The translations under genes were made by a program, and so were the position numbers. The notes under the pieces were generated by a model. The model saw only the letters and a list, made by a program, of their open reading frames with translations. It searched no databases and had not been told where the DNA came from. From Alkalispirochaeta sp. (GTDB lineage: Bacteria > Spirochaetota > Spirochaetia > DSM-27196 > Alkalispirochaetaceae): a DNA stretch of 64,000 bases. Positions 20,430-30,001 of the stretch are shown here, one piece after another. The number at the start of each line of letters is the position of its first letter. The first letter of the stretch is position 1. The DNA is taken from the NCBI GenBank assembly GCA_965601925.1, contig OZ271854.1, forward strand, positions 2,048,001 through 2,112,000, in the 5' to 3' direction.

Positions 20430-21395
20430 GTGGAGATACTCTCGTTCGGCTTGGGGCTTTTCGCCATTATGGTGGCCGGTTTGGCGCTGGCGATCGGCAT
20501 TATTACCTATCATCGCTACCGTAGAGCGTGGCAGTTGTTATACCTCATATGCGCCGCGGCGTGGGTCGTCGATATCGGCTCGCATTATCTCGGATGGTTC
20601 GCCTTTGAGATGTCGGGATTCGTGTTTTGGGACGCGACCTCTTTCACGTGGCTCGATCTCGTCCTCATACCGTTCGATCTGTTTCTCATGCCGATCTGGC
20701 TTGTTATGTTGGTTCGGCGGACCGTGCAACGTACCCTGGTGGTTGCGCTCCTCGCGAACGTCATAGCGATCGTAATACTGCTTTTCGTCCTGGCGAATCG
20801 ATTTGCCGTCGAGGGACACGAGGCGACCGCCTTCGATATCGTGGTGGTGGTACTCCTGTTCCTGCAGTCCTACGGGATCTACTTGGCGAGTTTGACGTAT
20901 GCATTCTTCGGTCTCCGTAACCGGTCCGTCTCGGCCCAGCGTCGCGATTTTCGATTCGTCGTCCTCATTCTTGTCGCCTCTACCATCATCGGATACGTTG
21001 CCGACGTAATCGCGGAAAACGGAGCGTCGGCGGGCGGGTACAATCCGCGGCTCGAGCTTCCGATCTTTGCGTTGGTAGGGTTCGGCTTCATCGGGTATCG
21101 CCAGGCTCGGCGGCTCTTTCAGGAGACGTCCGGCGACCTCGGCGCCGGCGACGTGGTCGACAACGCCTTTTTTGCCGAGTATGGGCTCTCCCCGCGAGAG
21201 AGGGACGTCGCGTTGTCTCTCCGGGCGGAGGGGCGGACGAAGGACATCGCCGAGCGATTGTTTGTCTCCGAGTCGACGATAAACTCCCATATTCGCAACA
21301 TCTATCGCAAGTGCGACGTCCATTCGCGGGTCGAGTTGGTCAGCCTCATGCGCCGGTACGAACGATTGCCGAAAACGGTGATAGGCGCACGATAA
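20430..21395 (+). CDS. Membrane-bound LuxR-family HTH regulator (paralog 1)
   Basis: About 7 TM helices; YGLSPRERDV...IAERLFVSESTINSHIRNIYRK. Confidence 0.88.
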   Translation: MEILSFGLGLFAIMVAGLALAIGIITYHRYRRAWQLLYLICAAAWVVDIGSHYLGWFAFEMSGFVFWDATSFTWLDLVLIPFDLFLMPIWLVMLVRRTVQRTLVVALLANVIAIVILLFVLANRFAVEGHEATAFDIVVVVLLFLQSYGIYLASLTYAFFGLRNRSVSAQRRDFRFVVLILVASTIIGYVADVIAENGASAGGYNPRLELPIFALVGFGFIGYRQARRLFQETSGDLGAGDVVDNAFFAEYGLSPRERDVALSLRAEGRTKDIAERLFVSESTINSHIRNIYRKCDVHSRVELVSLMRRYERLPKTVIGAR

Positions 21396-21727
21396 GGGGC
21401 GACGATATCCAACGGGTCCCATAACACATCGTCTCGGTCCTCCGGTACGGTTGTGAGAAATCGCGCACCGTCGCGTTCGTCAAACCGGTGGCCGGCTAGT
21501 CCGCTTGTGTGCTGTCGCGGATAGCGCGCAGTGATCACCGCGCGGAAGTCGATACCGCCGTCGCGGCGCGTCCGGCTCACCCCGAAAGAATCGGTACATT
21601 GCCGATCGAAACTTCGTAATCGTATCCCGCCTCTTCTACCGCATCCCGAATGTCGAAGTGATCCTCGCGGTTGTAACCGGACGACGCGGGCGCGCAGTTC
21701 CGGACGGGCCCGTGCTTCCGACGCGTC

Positions 21728-22537
21728 TCACAGTACCCGGTTCTTAAGGCGTATCGGCCCGTGGGGGTATCGAGTGATCATGTCTTGAACACGCTCCACG
21801 TCCTCGGGGTTGTCCAGATTTCGGGCGGTCCCCATACCGTACGGCACGTCCAGGCTCCTGCACTTCGATGCTCCGAGGTTGTGATACAAGAGAATTTCCG
21901 TTTCGTATGGACCGCTTCTCGACTTCGCGCTCTCTGCGCAGATGGCGACGATGTGCTCCTCCGAGTCGTTGATTCCCGGGACGATCGGACAACGGCGCGT
22001 CACCGCTACGCCGCGTTTACACAGCATGTCGAGATTCGCCTCCACCGTTTCAAGGTCCGCACCCGTGTTTTTCCGAAGGCGTAGCGAATCGCTGTCCTTG
22101 TAGTCGTAGAGATAGCGGTCGATGTACGGCAGCGAGGGCTCGATGTTGCGCCACGGTACGGCGCCGGAGGTCTCTACGGCCACGTGAATGCCCTCCTCCA
22201 TAGCGGCACGGGCGAGACGGGCGACAAACGCGGGGTGGAGAAGGGGTTCTCCGCCGCTGATGGTGAGCCCGCCGCCGGAGGTCTCGTAGTACGCCCGATC
22301 CTTTTTTACCACCTCCACGATCGCCTCGATACTCATCTGCGTGCCGACGGTACGGATCGTACCGGTGTTGGGATTTCGAAGAGCCTCGGCGCCGAAAGCC
22401 CACGACTCCGGGTTGTGGCACCACCTACAACGGAGGTGACAGCCCTTCAGAAATACGGTGGTTCGAATGCCCGGGCCGTCGTGCATGCTGCAACGGGCGA
22501 TATCGAAGATCAGCGGGTCGCCGGACGCGTTATCCAT
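21728..22537 (-). CDS. Glycyl-radical enzyme activating enzyme (radical SAM), no ferredoxin insert
   Basis: HDGPGIRTTVFLKGCHLRCRWCHNPES, TISGGEP, ETSG. Confidence 0.95.
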   Translation of the reverse strand: MDNASGDPLIFDIARCSMHDGPGIRTTVFLKGCHLRCRWCHNPESWAFGAEALRNPNTGTIRTVGTQMSIEAIVEVVKKDRAYYETSGGGLTISGGEPLLHPAFVARLARAAMEEGIHVAVETSGAVPWRNIEPSLPYIDRYLYDYKDSDSLRLRKNTGADLETVEANLDMLCKRGVAVTRRCPIVPGINDSEEHIVAICAESAKSRSGPYETEILLYHNLGASKCRSLDVPYGMGTARNLDNPEDVERVQDMITRYPHGPIRLKNRVL

Positions 22538-24851
22538 TGCTGGTTCTCTGGATAATCTCGTTCTGCGTATCTACATCCAACTCGACAAACCGAGCGCTGA
22601 AGCCGCCGCAGCGGACGATCAGGTTGCGATGGCGTTCCGGGTTAGCCTGGGCGTCCAAGAGCGTCGCTTGGTCGGTCACGGTGATCATAATCTGCGTGCC
22701 CCCGGGCCTCGCAAAGTATCCGTCCAGAAGCATCTTCACCTTCCCGCGTTCCCCGTTGAAGAGCGTCGGCGTACATTTGAGATTTTGCACGTAGCCCCCG
22801 TGGATATCGGGCCTGAACTTCGATATAGAGTTGAGCATGGCGGTTATGCCGTGCGTGTCGCGGCCGCTGTGCGGGTTGTTTCCCGGGGCGAGATGCTCGG
22901 TCCGAGCGCGCCCGTCCGGACTTGCGGCGGTCTTCAGGCCCCAAAGAGTGTTGGTGTTGTTGTTGATGTTTACCGCCAGAAAGCTGTGAAGTCCCACTTC
23001 GCGCCCTCGATTCCTGATGTAGGCACACGCGCGATCATGGAGGCGCGTCGCAATAGTGTCCACCGAGTCCTCGTCGTTACCGAACTTCGAGGCACCTTTG
23101 AGTCGCTCCGCGATGCCGGCGGGCCGCCCGTCGACGTCGTGTTCGCGCATGGATTCCGTTTCGATCCGCGCCATGAGATCCTGCAGCGTCATCATACGCT
23201 CCTCGAAGACGACCGACTCGATCGCTCGGAGGCTGTCTATTGCATTGGAGAAGCCGTAGAACTCATTGACCCCTCCGTAGTAACGGACGCCTCCTTCCAG
23301 AATCGGCTTTCCCCGGGCTATACAGTCGCGCATGAGTAGGCTCGGAAGGACGAACGAGGAGCGGGCGGCCATGAATCGGTAGCTCTCTATTTGATACCGG
23401 ACCGTGATCTCCAAGATGTGATCCAAGTAGTCGAAGTACGCTGCTTCTACCTTCTCGTAGCTGTCCAGCGTCCCAACGTCGACAAAGCGATAGTCGCCGC
23501 CGCGGTAGACTCCGTCGAACGGATCGATTCCCTTGTTGAGGGCCAGTTGGAGCACCTTGGTGAAGTTGACGCACACATTGGGCGAACCGGTCCCGCGTCC
23601 GTAGATCACATACTCTCCGCACCCGTATGGCACATACTGCTCGGCATCGTCACGGCTCACCGCCATCGCCGTCGCGACGGCCCCCACATTGACGCTATCA
23701 TTGTAGAGCATGGGAAAGGTGCATCCCCGTCCGATCGCGTCCAGAGCAAGATCGTAGATGTCTTCCGGCAGTTCGTCGTGCACCCGTAGGGTGAGTTGCG
23801 GTTTAACCGTCCCGGTACTCATGGTGGTCCGAATCGCCAGCCGCGCGACAATGTCCGCGGAGTGCGGATTTCGACGGCCGGCGCCGCCGATGATGACTCG
23901 GCCGTTGCCGCGGTTGCAGCAATCATCGATCAGATACCACAGACTCTCGAGGTACGTCGTCGCCCGCTCCTCCGTAAGCGTCCCGTCGGATAGGTCGCGC
24001 TCCAGGAAGGGGCCCAACTCGTCGTCGAGCCGTCCGTAGTTGACCACCCCTGCGAGTTGATCGTAGAGGAACATGAGCTGTATTGCGCTGTGAAGGGTCG
24101 TGGGCGGACCGGCCCGTACGGTGCGTAGCGACGATATCAACAGCGCCCGCGTCGCCTCGTCGACCTCGCCGTATCCCGCTTCGAGCATCTCGACGTAGTG
24201 CGAGACGGTGTCGAACATCAATGCCAACGCCTGAACACCGGCGGCGAGGAACTCATTGTCCGTCGAGTCCGCGAGCGCCGCTTCTATGTCGTCAAGGAGA
24301 CCCGGCAGACCCTTTTCGAGAAGTGTAGTGTGATCCAACTGGAGCCCGGAGAGTCTGGTCAGGACGAGTATCGGAGGGAGAAGGTCGGTGATGTCGCCGC
24401 CGAACGCCGAGGCGTCGTAACGGGTCGAAAAGTCATCGACCGCTTGGGTGTGGGTATCGTTGTGCTTCCAAAAGGCGATCAGACGATCGAGTCGGGCGCG
24501 CAAGTCCGCGGTCCGTGTCCGGGATCGCATCGCGGTAAGTTGGTCGACGCGGCCGTAGTACGAAGGACCGCCGCTGTTCATCTCGCGAGTACTCGCCCCG
24601 TTAATGGGCACCATGTCTTCCCGGTCGTTGGGGTCGTCGCCGCCGCCCAAATTGGCCCACTCCAGACCGTGGCCGACGGGCAACACGATGAAACGCCCTA
24701 CAAAGAGGTCGGTCCTCCGGGGCGGAACGAACACCTCGGGAAAGAGCTCCCTGAGACACACAACTTCTCTGAAAGATTTTGACATGCCGGACGTCTCTTG
24801 GTAACGCTCCGTGAAGCGTTCCATCAATGCGACGCGTCGCGTGATATCCAT
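22530..24851 (-). CDS. Glycyl radical enzyme of unknown specificity (PFL-like superfamily, not PFL)
   Basis: Gly loop LIVRCGGFS, single-Cys loop PYGCGEY, GRLD, ASPDGR; overlaps the activase gene. Confidence 0.93.
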   Translation of the reverse strand: MDITRRVALMERFTERYQETSGMSKSFREVVCLRELFPEVFVPPRRTDLFVGRFIVLPVGHGLEWANLGGGDDPNDREDMVPINGASTREMNSGGPSYYGRVDQLTAMRSRTRTADLRARLDRLIAFWKHNDTHTQAVDDFSTRYDASAFGGDITDLLPPILVLTRLSGLQLDHTTLLEKGLPGLLDDIEAALADSTDNEFLAAGVQALALMFDTVSHYVEMLEAGYGEVDEATRALLISSLRTVRAGPPTTLHSAIQLMFLYDQLAGVVNYGRLDDELGPFLERDLSDGTLTEERATTYLESLWYLIDDCCNRGNGRVIIGGAGRRNPHSADIVARLAIRTTMSTGTVKPQLTLRVHDELPEDIYDLALDAIGRGCTFPMLYNDSVNVGAVATAMAVSRDDAEQYVPYGCGEYVIYGRGTGSPNVCVNFTKVLQLALNKGIDPFDGVYRGGDYRFVDVGTLDSYEKVEAAYFDYLDHILEITVRYQIESYRFMAARSSFVLPSLLMRDCIARGKPILEGGVRYYGGVNEFYGFSNAIDSLRAIESVVFEERMMTLQDLMARIETESMREHDVDGRPAGIAERLKGASKFGNDEDSVDTIATRLHDRACAYIRNRGREVGLHSFLAVNINNNTNTLWGLKTAASPDGRARTEHLAPGNNPHSGRDTHGITAMLNSISKFRPDIHGGYVQNLKCTPTLFNGERGKVKMLLDGYFARPGGTQIMITVTDQATLLDAQANPERHRNLIVRCGGFSARFVELDVDTQNEIIQRTSNG

Positions 24852-24995
24852 CGTCGGCCCTCCGCAATATAAGATTATCGTAAACCGAGGATCTCGATCG
24901 CTTCCTCCTCCGGAATGATGTATACTGAACTATATTGACGATATTCTGTCGGAAATGCGTCAGCGCGGATGCACATCGATAGGGGAAAGCGGTAC

Positions 24996-25844
24996 ATGAA
25001 GCCTCCCGACCGCGGAGAAACGGCGGTTCTGCACCTCCGTGATTACGTACACGGCCGAGAACCGTCGATCCACATCGCCCGCTCGATCTACTCGCGTACC
25101 CGGCGTCATCCCTTGCACGCGCACGACTTTTACGAGTTTTACATCATAGAAGAGGGACGGCTCCGTCACCAACTCAACGGGCGCGAGGTGAGTCTGGAGA
25201 AGGGGGCATTCCAGATGATTCGTCCCCTCGACATCCACGCCTTTGAGGGACTGAGCGACCGAGAGAGCGTCTTGTTGAACGTCGCCTTCTCTCCCGCCGT
25301 CTACGATCGCCTCGCCGCCGCGTTCGACGTCGGGCTTATTGAGCGCCCCGTACCCGTATATCTGACGTCGGGGTATCTCGCCCGTCTCCGAGAGCGTGTG
25401 AAGTGGATAGAGCGCGGAACACTGAGCCCGTACCCGTTTTTGGCGGCGCTGTTCATCGAGTATGTCATCGGGGCGCGACACGCCCGGGAGGAGGCGGAGA
25501 CCGACGTCGTGCCGTCGTGGCTCAAAACGTCGATGAATGCGATGGAGAGCCCGGACAATCTCCGCGGCGGTCTCCAGCGCTTCGTCGAGTTGTCGGGGAA
25601 ATCGCAGGAGCATCTCACCCGCTCTCTGAAGCGACTCCTGGGTATCACGCCGTCGGCGTGGATCAATGCGCATCGCCTCGAGTGGGCGCATAGGATAATC
25701 CGCGAAACGGACCGCACCATCCTCGATATCGGTTTTGAGGTGGGGTTCCGGTCCGAGTCTTACTTCTACCGGTTATACAAGGCCTATTTCGGGACGACTC
25801 CGCGCCGCGAGAGACGGCGAGAGGCGACTTCGAGCGCACCGTAG
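24996..25844 (+). CDS. AraC-family regulator, ChbR/CelD-like
   Basis: Cupin HAHDFYEF..HQLNG; SGKSQEHLTRS; DIGFEVGF..YFYRLYKAYFGTTP. Confidence 0.88.
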   Translation: MKPPDRGETAVLHLRDYVHGREPSIHIARSIYSRTRRHPLHAHDFYEFYIIEEGRLRHQLNGREVSLEKGAFQMIRPLDIHAFEGLSDRESVLLNVAFSPAVYDRLAAAFDVGLIERPVPVYLTSGYLARLRERVKWIERGTLSPYPFLAALFIEYVIGARHAREEAETDVVPSWLKTSMNAMESPDNLRGGLQRFVELSGKSQEHLTRSLKRLLGITPSAWINAHRLEWAHRIIRETDRTILDIGFEVGFRSESYFYRLYKAYFGTTPRRERRREATSSAP

Positions 25845-26444
25845 GCCGGTGCTCGACACATGGTTGTTACGGACGAACTACCTCGCGAGCGTAGACCGCC
25901 GTCGGTGTCCATTGCGGTTGAAGGTAGTGCCATCCCGTCTTGTTCTCCTCCCGCAACTCACATGGAGCCGGTAGGACGCGTTTGTACACGCGAGTTGCCG
26001 GGGTAGGGTCGGTCTCGCTGTGCATCACTATCTCCGAGGGAGCGTTCTCCGTCTCTGCGAGGGCGAGCGTCACGGCGTCCGGTGAGTCGGCGAGCCCCAT
26101 CGCGTGCATCGCCGCCGGAGAGGCGAAAAAGATGGGACTTTCGAAGCGCAGCAGCCCCCGCGTCTCTCCGTCTTTCCGTGCGACCCCCGTTCCTCATTGG
26201 CGTCGTTCTTCATGGAAGAAACGCATCGTCGCGTTCTCGTCCCGGCAGCGTCAAGAATAATGATTGTACTCGATTCCGTCCGGTACTCGTGTCGGAAGCT
26301 GGTGTCGGCGCCTTGCGAGATGCACCGATGTGGTGCTGAGTCTTCGCCCGGCCCGGCCGGTCTCCAATCACCGATACACCGTTCGTCGATGAGCGTCTTC
26401 ACCGCGGTTGCGGGCGGTCGCTCGCGGGGCTACTATGAGCGTGC

Positions 26445-27626
26445 ATGGAGTTGCAACACACACGCGACTTGCGTCTTCACAAACTCGACCGCGTCATTCG
26501 GCTCTTCTCACGCGCCAAAGGCTGGACGCGAAAAGAGTTGGAGATCGAGACGGGCTACAGCTACGGAACGATTTCGAATATTCTCCAGACCCTTCTTTCC
26601 GATGGTATCGTTCGCGAGGAGAGCATTCAGGAGTCTTCGGGCGGCCGAAAACCGCACATATACACCCTCGACGGAAGTCGAGCCCGCTTTCTTTCGCTCG
26701 ACATCGGCACGGCACGCATAAAGTGGGCTCTTCAGGATGTGCGGGGTATGTCGCTGGAGCGGGGAACCGTTACGGACAATCCGGCGGTCCCGCTGCAACA
26801 GGTCGTCGAAGAGGCGTTTCGCGACGCCCGCCGCGGAATCGAGCGTCAAGGACTCTCGATCGAACTGCTTCATAGCGTCGCGATCTCTATCCCCGGCCAC
26901 TACCGACCGACCGACGATTGCATCGTCCGCAGTTCCACGGAGCGAATCGGCTCTCTCAAGCTGGCCGAGATGCTCGACGAGTTTTCACGAACGCGAATCG
27001 TGATCGAGTCCGACGCGCACGTCGCCTCGCGCCGCGATATTGCCACGATGATTCCCGGTCTCGACGGCGCCGCCGTTGCGTTATACCTCCTTGTGACCGA
27101 GGAGGGGGTGGGTTCGTCTATTGTGATCGGCAATCGCGTGCACTACGGCGCCGGCGGTCACGCCGGTGAGGTGCATGTGCTTCCGGTGCGAATCGGAGGC
27201 GAGGTCAGACCGCTCGGTGAGTTTTTGGATGTACAGGTCAACAAGGACTACGCGGAGACGGCTCTTGGACGTGCGTTTACTATCGTCGAGTACGTCGATT
27301 TGCTGGTCGAAGGCGACGCAGCGGCGGTAGCGCGCTACCGAACGATTGTCGACGCCTTTGCCGAGGCTATCTATCTACTCGACAATATCCTCGACCCCGA
27401 TTTCGTCATTATATCGGGTATCTACAACGCGTTGGGGTCGCGGTTGGCCGACGATATTCGCGATGCGCTCGGTAGACGGTCCGAGCCGCACCTCATCGAT
27501 AATCTTCAGCTCCTCTTGGCACCCTCGGATCCCGATCTCATGCTGAACGGGTTGGCGTACCTACAGGTAGAGGAGTGGCGTAAGGATCGAGTGACGCAAC
27601 TGCGACAGCCGAGTGACGTGTTGTAG
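26445..27626 (+). CDS. ROK-family transcriptional repressor
   Basis: N-terminal wHTH with SSGGRKP, LDIG, ISIPG, ESDA, GVGSSIV, GHAGEV. Confidence 0.88.
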   Translation: MELQHTRDLRLHKLDRVIRLFSRAKGWTRKELEIETGYSYGTISNILQTLLSDGIVREESIQESSGGRKPHIYTLDGSRARFLSLDIGTARIKWALQDVRGMSLERGTVTDNPAVPLQQVVEEAFRDARRGIERQGLSIELLHSVAISIPGHYRPTDDCIVRSSTERIGSLKLAEMLDEFSRTRIVIESDAHVASRRDIATMIPGLDGAAVALYLLVTEEGVGSSIVIGNRVHYGAGGHAGEVHVLPVRIGGEVRPLGEFLDVQVNKDYAETALGRAFTIVEYVDLLVEGDAAAVARYRTIVDAFAEAIYLLDNILDPDFVIISGIYNALGSRLADDIRDALGRRSEPHLIDNLQLLLAPSDPDLMLNGLAYLQVEEWRKDRVTQLRQPSDVL

Positions 27627-27760
27627 GCGGCACGTATCACCGACGGAGGAGCGGCGGCGTCGGGCCGTCGGCGCCGGACAAACAAGACGCGTGGCGAGGG
27701 CGTTGTCCGTCGTGCACGATCATCCCGGGACGTTGCGCTCGCCGAAACGGCAGACGACGC

Positions 27761-29914
27761 CTACGTCGCTACGACGTCACCCTCGAAGCGGTGTCGCTCA
27801 TTACCGTTCACCGCCACCATGACCGCCGCCTGCGTGTTTTCTACCTCGTTTACTCCCTTGAATAGAGCGCTTCTCAGCCGACCACCGTGCACCGCGAGGG
27901 CGCCGGCACAGCGACCGGGGCCCTCAAACGCGATCACCGTTCCGGCCACATTGAAGTGTACGTTGGTGGGCGTGGCGGAGAACTTGAAGAAAAAGATGAA
28001 CTCCTCGTCTTCGCCCGCGTAGCGAAAGAATCGTATCCCGGGTGCCGACGGCACGCCGGGTGTGATCCGCCGGGCGGCGAGAAACGCCGGAAAGGCCGAA
28101 GGACGTTCGATGTGCGCCGACGGAATGTCGATGAGTCGATCTCCGTCCGCCGCAAGGGGGGACAAGGACTCACCGTCCCACGTCCGACGCGGGCGATTCC
28201 CGCCGTAGAGGAGGACACCACCGGCGTCCAGATAGTTCTGCAGCGCTCGATGGAGCGGCGCCGATATGCGTTCGCCGGCGACCACTACGAGCGGCTCGGG
28301 CGCGATTGCGGCGAGGTCGTCTCGTCCTTCGAGTCCGATGAGCCGGGGTATGTAGCCCGCCTCTTGAGCGGCGCAACTGAGCCGCTCCATCTCCGATCCC
28401 CCGGCACGGATACCGTCGATACCGCTCCCATCTCGCGCCCAGCTCATTACCGCGGCGTACGGCGCCGGTACGGCAAAGGCGATGTCGCTGATGCGACCGG
28501 CGGCGAGCAACCCCTTCCCCTCGGCACCGAACCACCGGTTGATGTCCTTCATGGCCGCGTACATCGACGTGGTTGTTCCATCGGCGCGGATCGGCGCATC
28601 GGACGGAAATGTCGAATGCTGCAGTTTGGTCATGCTATCCAGGTCGTCGTCCCAGTAATCGTGTTGTACCGCGCAGAAGACCGTATAGCCCGTCCCACCC
28701 GCGGCTATCGATAGGAGCGTCTGGAAGAACGGCACAAACGGAGCCGCGGAAAAGGGATGATAGAGCTTTGCAAACCCCCAGTTCTCCTCTAAGTTGATGC
28801 CGCGGCACCGGGCCGCGGTATTTACATAGCGGTTGAAGACGTCGTTCGGCACGGTAGACCTCGACGTATCGATCGTCGAGGGGTCATCGATATTGTACGC
28901 CGCGACACCGAGCCAACTGATGAAGCCGTAGTGGTAGATCTCGTCGTCGCGTTCCAGACGGTTCATGTGAAGCCACCAGTCCGCGTACCGTTTCGCCGGG
29001 CGAGTGCGCGTGCGCTGCGTCTCGCGCAGAGGTACGCCGTGCGTTCTCTGGGGGACGTTTTCCTCGATCGGCGGTGTGATTCCCGCGTGGTTGGATAGGT
29101 GAGGCAAATCGACTCCCAACATCTCGCGATATCGTCTGTACGTCTCTCTCCGCAGCCACCATTGATAGTCGGACCACCGGATGAGCGACGCCGCGGCGTC
29201 TCGTGCGCCGGTGGCGATCGGTACGATACGCGGTATCTGCCCGAGGACGACGCCGGTCGCCCGGCGATACTCGGCGATGGAGCTCTCTTCGTAGCCCAGC
29301 GTCCACGGCGGACTATTACTCGTGCAATACAGCGTCTCGTCGTTGATCTGGACGCCGATAACCGGCCCCGATGGGTAGACGAACGGCCGAAGGAGCGATC
29401 CTACCGCATTGAGCCACGTTGCGGCCATTCGTATGTATTCTGAGTCGAAGGGGGCGGGAAGTATGGCCCCGTCGTACTCCCATCTCACCGCCCGTCCCCG
29501 ATAGTTGAGCGCGGGTGAGATCCGTGACGTGTACGACGGACTGGCCGCGTCCGGGAGACCCCCGATATTGAGTTCCGAGTGAACGAAGGGTCCCGGCTTG
29601 ACGATGGCGTGCATGCCGGTGTCGGCGACCGTGGCGATGAATCCCCTTACATCGCGATTGGCCGCCGTCGTACCGGAGAAGTCGAATTGTTGTGGATCGT
29701 TCGCTACCTGGTGGTGACGCCATGGAACGTAAAACGTGACGGTATTGGTGCCGGCCGCGCGGATGAGATGCAGTGTTCGGCTCCACGACTCCCGGCGATC
29801 GCGATAGTATTGATACTCCGCCGCAATTACGAAGTGCGGATCGCCGTCTATGATGAAGTGGCCGTCTCGATACGCGACCGGTTCATTCGCCGAAGTATCG
29901 ATCATGTTTTTCAT
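27761..29914 (-). CDS. GH35 glycoside hydrolase, exo-beta-glucosaminidase (GlmA)-like / beta-galactosidase family
   Basis: YQYYR, GTNTVTFYVPW.HH, FDFSG, KPGPFVHSE..GGLP, QINDE acid/base motif. Confidence 0.82.
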   Translation of the reverse strand: MKNMIDTSANEPVAYRDGHFIIDGDPHFVIAAEYQYYRDRRESWSRTLHLIRAAGTNTVTFYVPWRHHQVANDPQQFDFSGTTAANRDVRGFIATVADTGMHAIVKPGPFVHSELNIGGLPDAASPSYTSRISPALNYRGRAVRWEYDGAILPAPFDSEYIRMAATWLNAVGSLLRPFVYPSGPVIGVQINDETLYCTSNSPPWTLGYEESSIAEYRRATGVVLGQIPRIVPIATGARDAAASLIRWSDYQWWLRRETYRRYREMLGVDLPHLSNHAGITPPIEENVPQRTHGVPLRETQRTRTRPAKRYADWWLHMNRLERDDEIYHYGFISWLGVAAYNIDDPSTIDTSRSTVPNDVFNRYVNTAARCRGINLEENWGFAKLYHPFSAAPFVPFFQTLLSIAAGGTGYTVFCAVQHDYWDDDLDSMTKLQHSTFPSDAPIRADGTTTSMYAAMKDINRWFGAEGKGLLAAGRISDIAFAVPAPYAAVMSWARDGSGIDGIRAGGSEMERLSCAAQEAGYIPRLIGLEGRDDLAAIAPEPLVVVAGERISAPLHRALQNYLDAGGVLLYGGNRPRRTWDGESLSPLAADGDRLIDIPSAHIERPSAFPAFLAARRITPGVPSAPGIRFFRYAGEDEEFIFFFKFSATPTNVHFNVAGTVIAFEGPGRCAGALAVHGGRLRSALFKGVNEVENTQAAVMVAVNGNERHRFEGDVVAT

Positions 29915-29920
29915 GACAAA

Positions 29921-29945
29921 ACTTATTATTAGACTTAAAATAAGT
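29921..29945. promoter_or_regulatory. 25-bp inverted repeat, probable ROK operator
   Basis: ACTTATT-N11-AATAAGT between the divergent GH35 and ABC genes. Confidence 0.7.
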
Positions 29946-29946
29946 A

Positions 29947-29975
29947 TTGACAAGTGAAATTACCGAACCTACCCT
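29947..29975 (+). promoter_or_regulatory. sigma70 promoter of the ABC operon
   Basis: TTGACA-17 bp-TACCCT; AAGGAGG RBS downstream. Confidence 0.7.
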
Positions 29976-30001
29976 GAAATGGAGGCCAAGTAATAAGGAG
30001 G

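Noticed and set aside
22530..24851. Pyruvate formate-lyase (pflB)
   Set aside because: Lacks the adjacent Cys-Cys pair; the Cys loop is GCGE.
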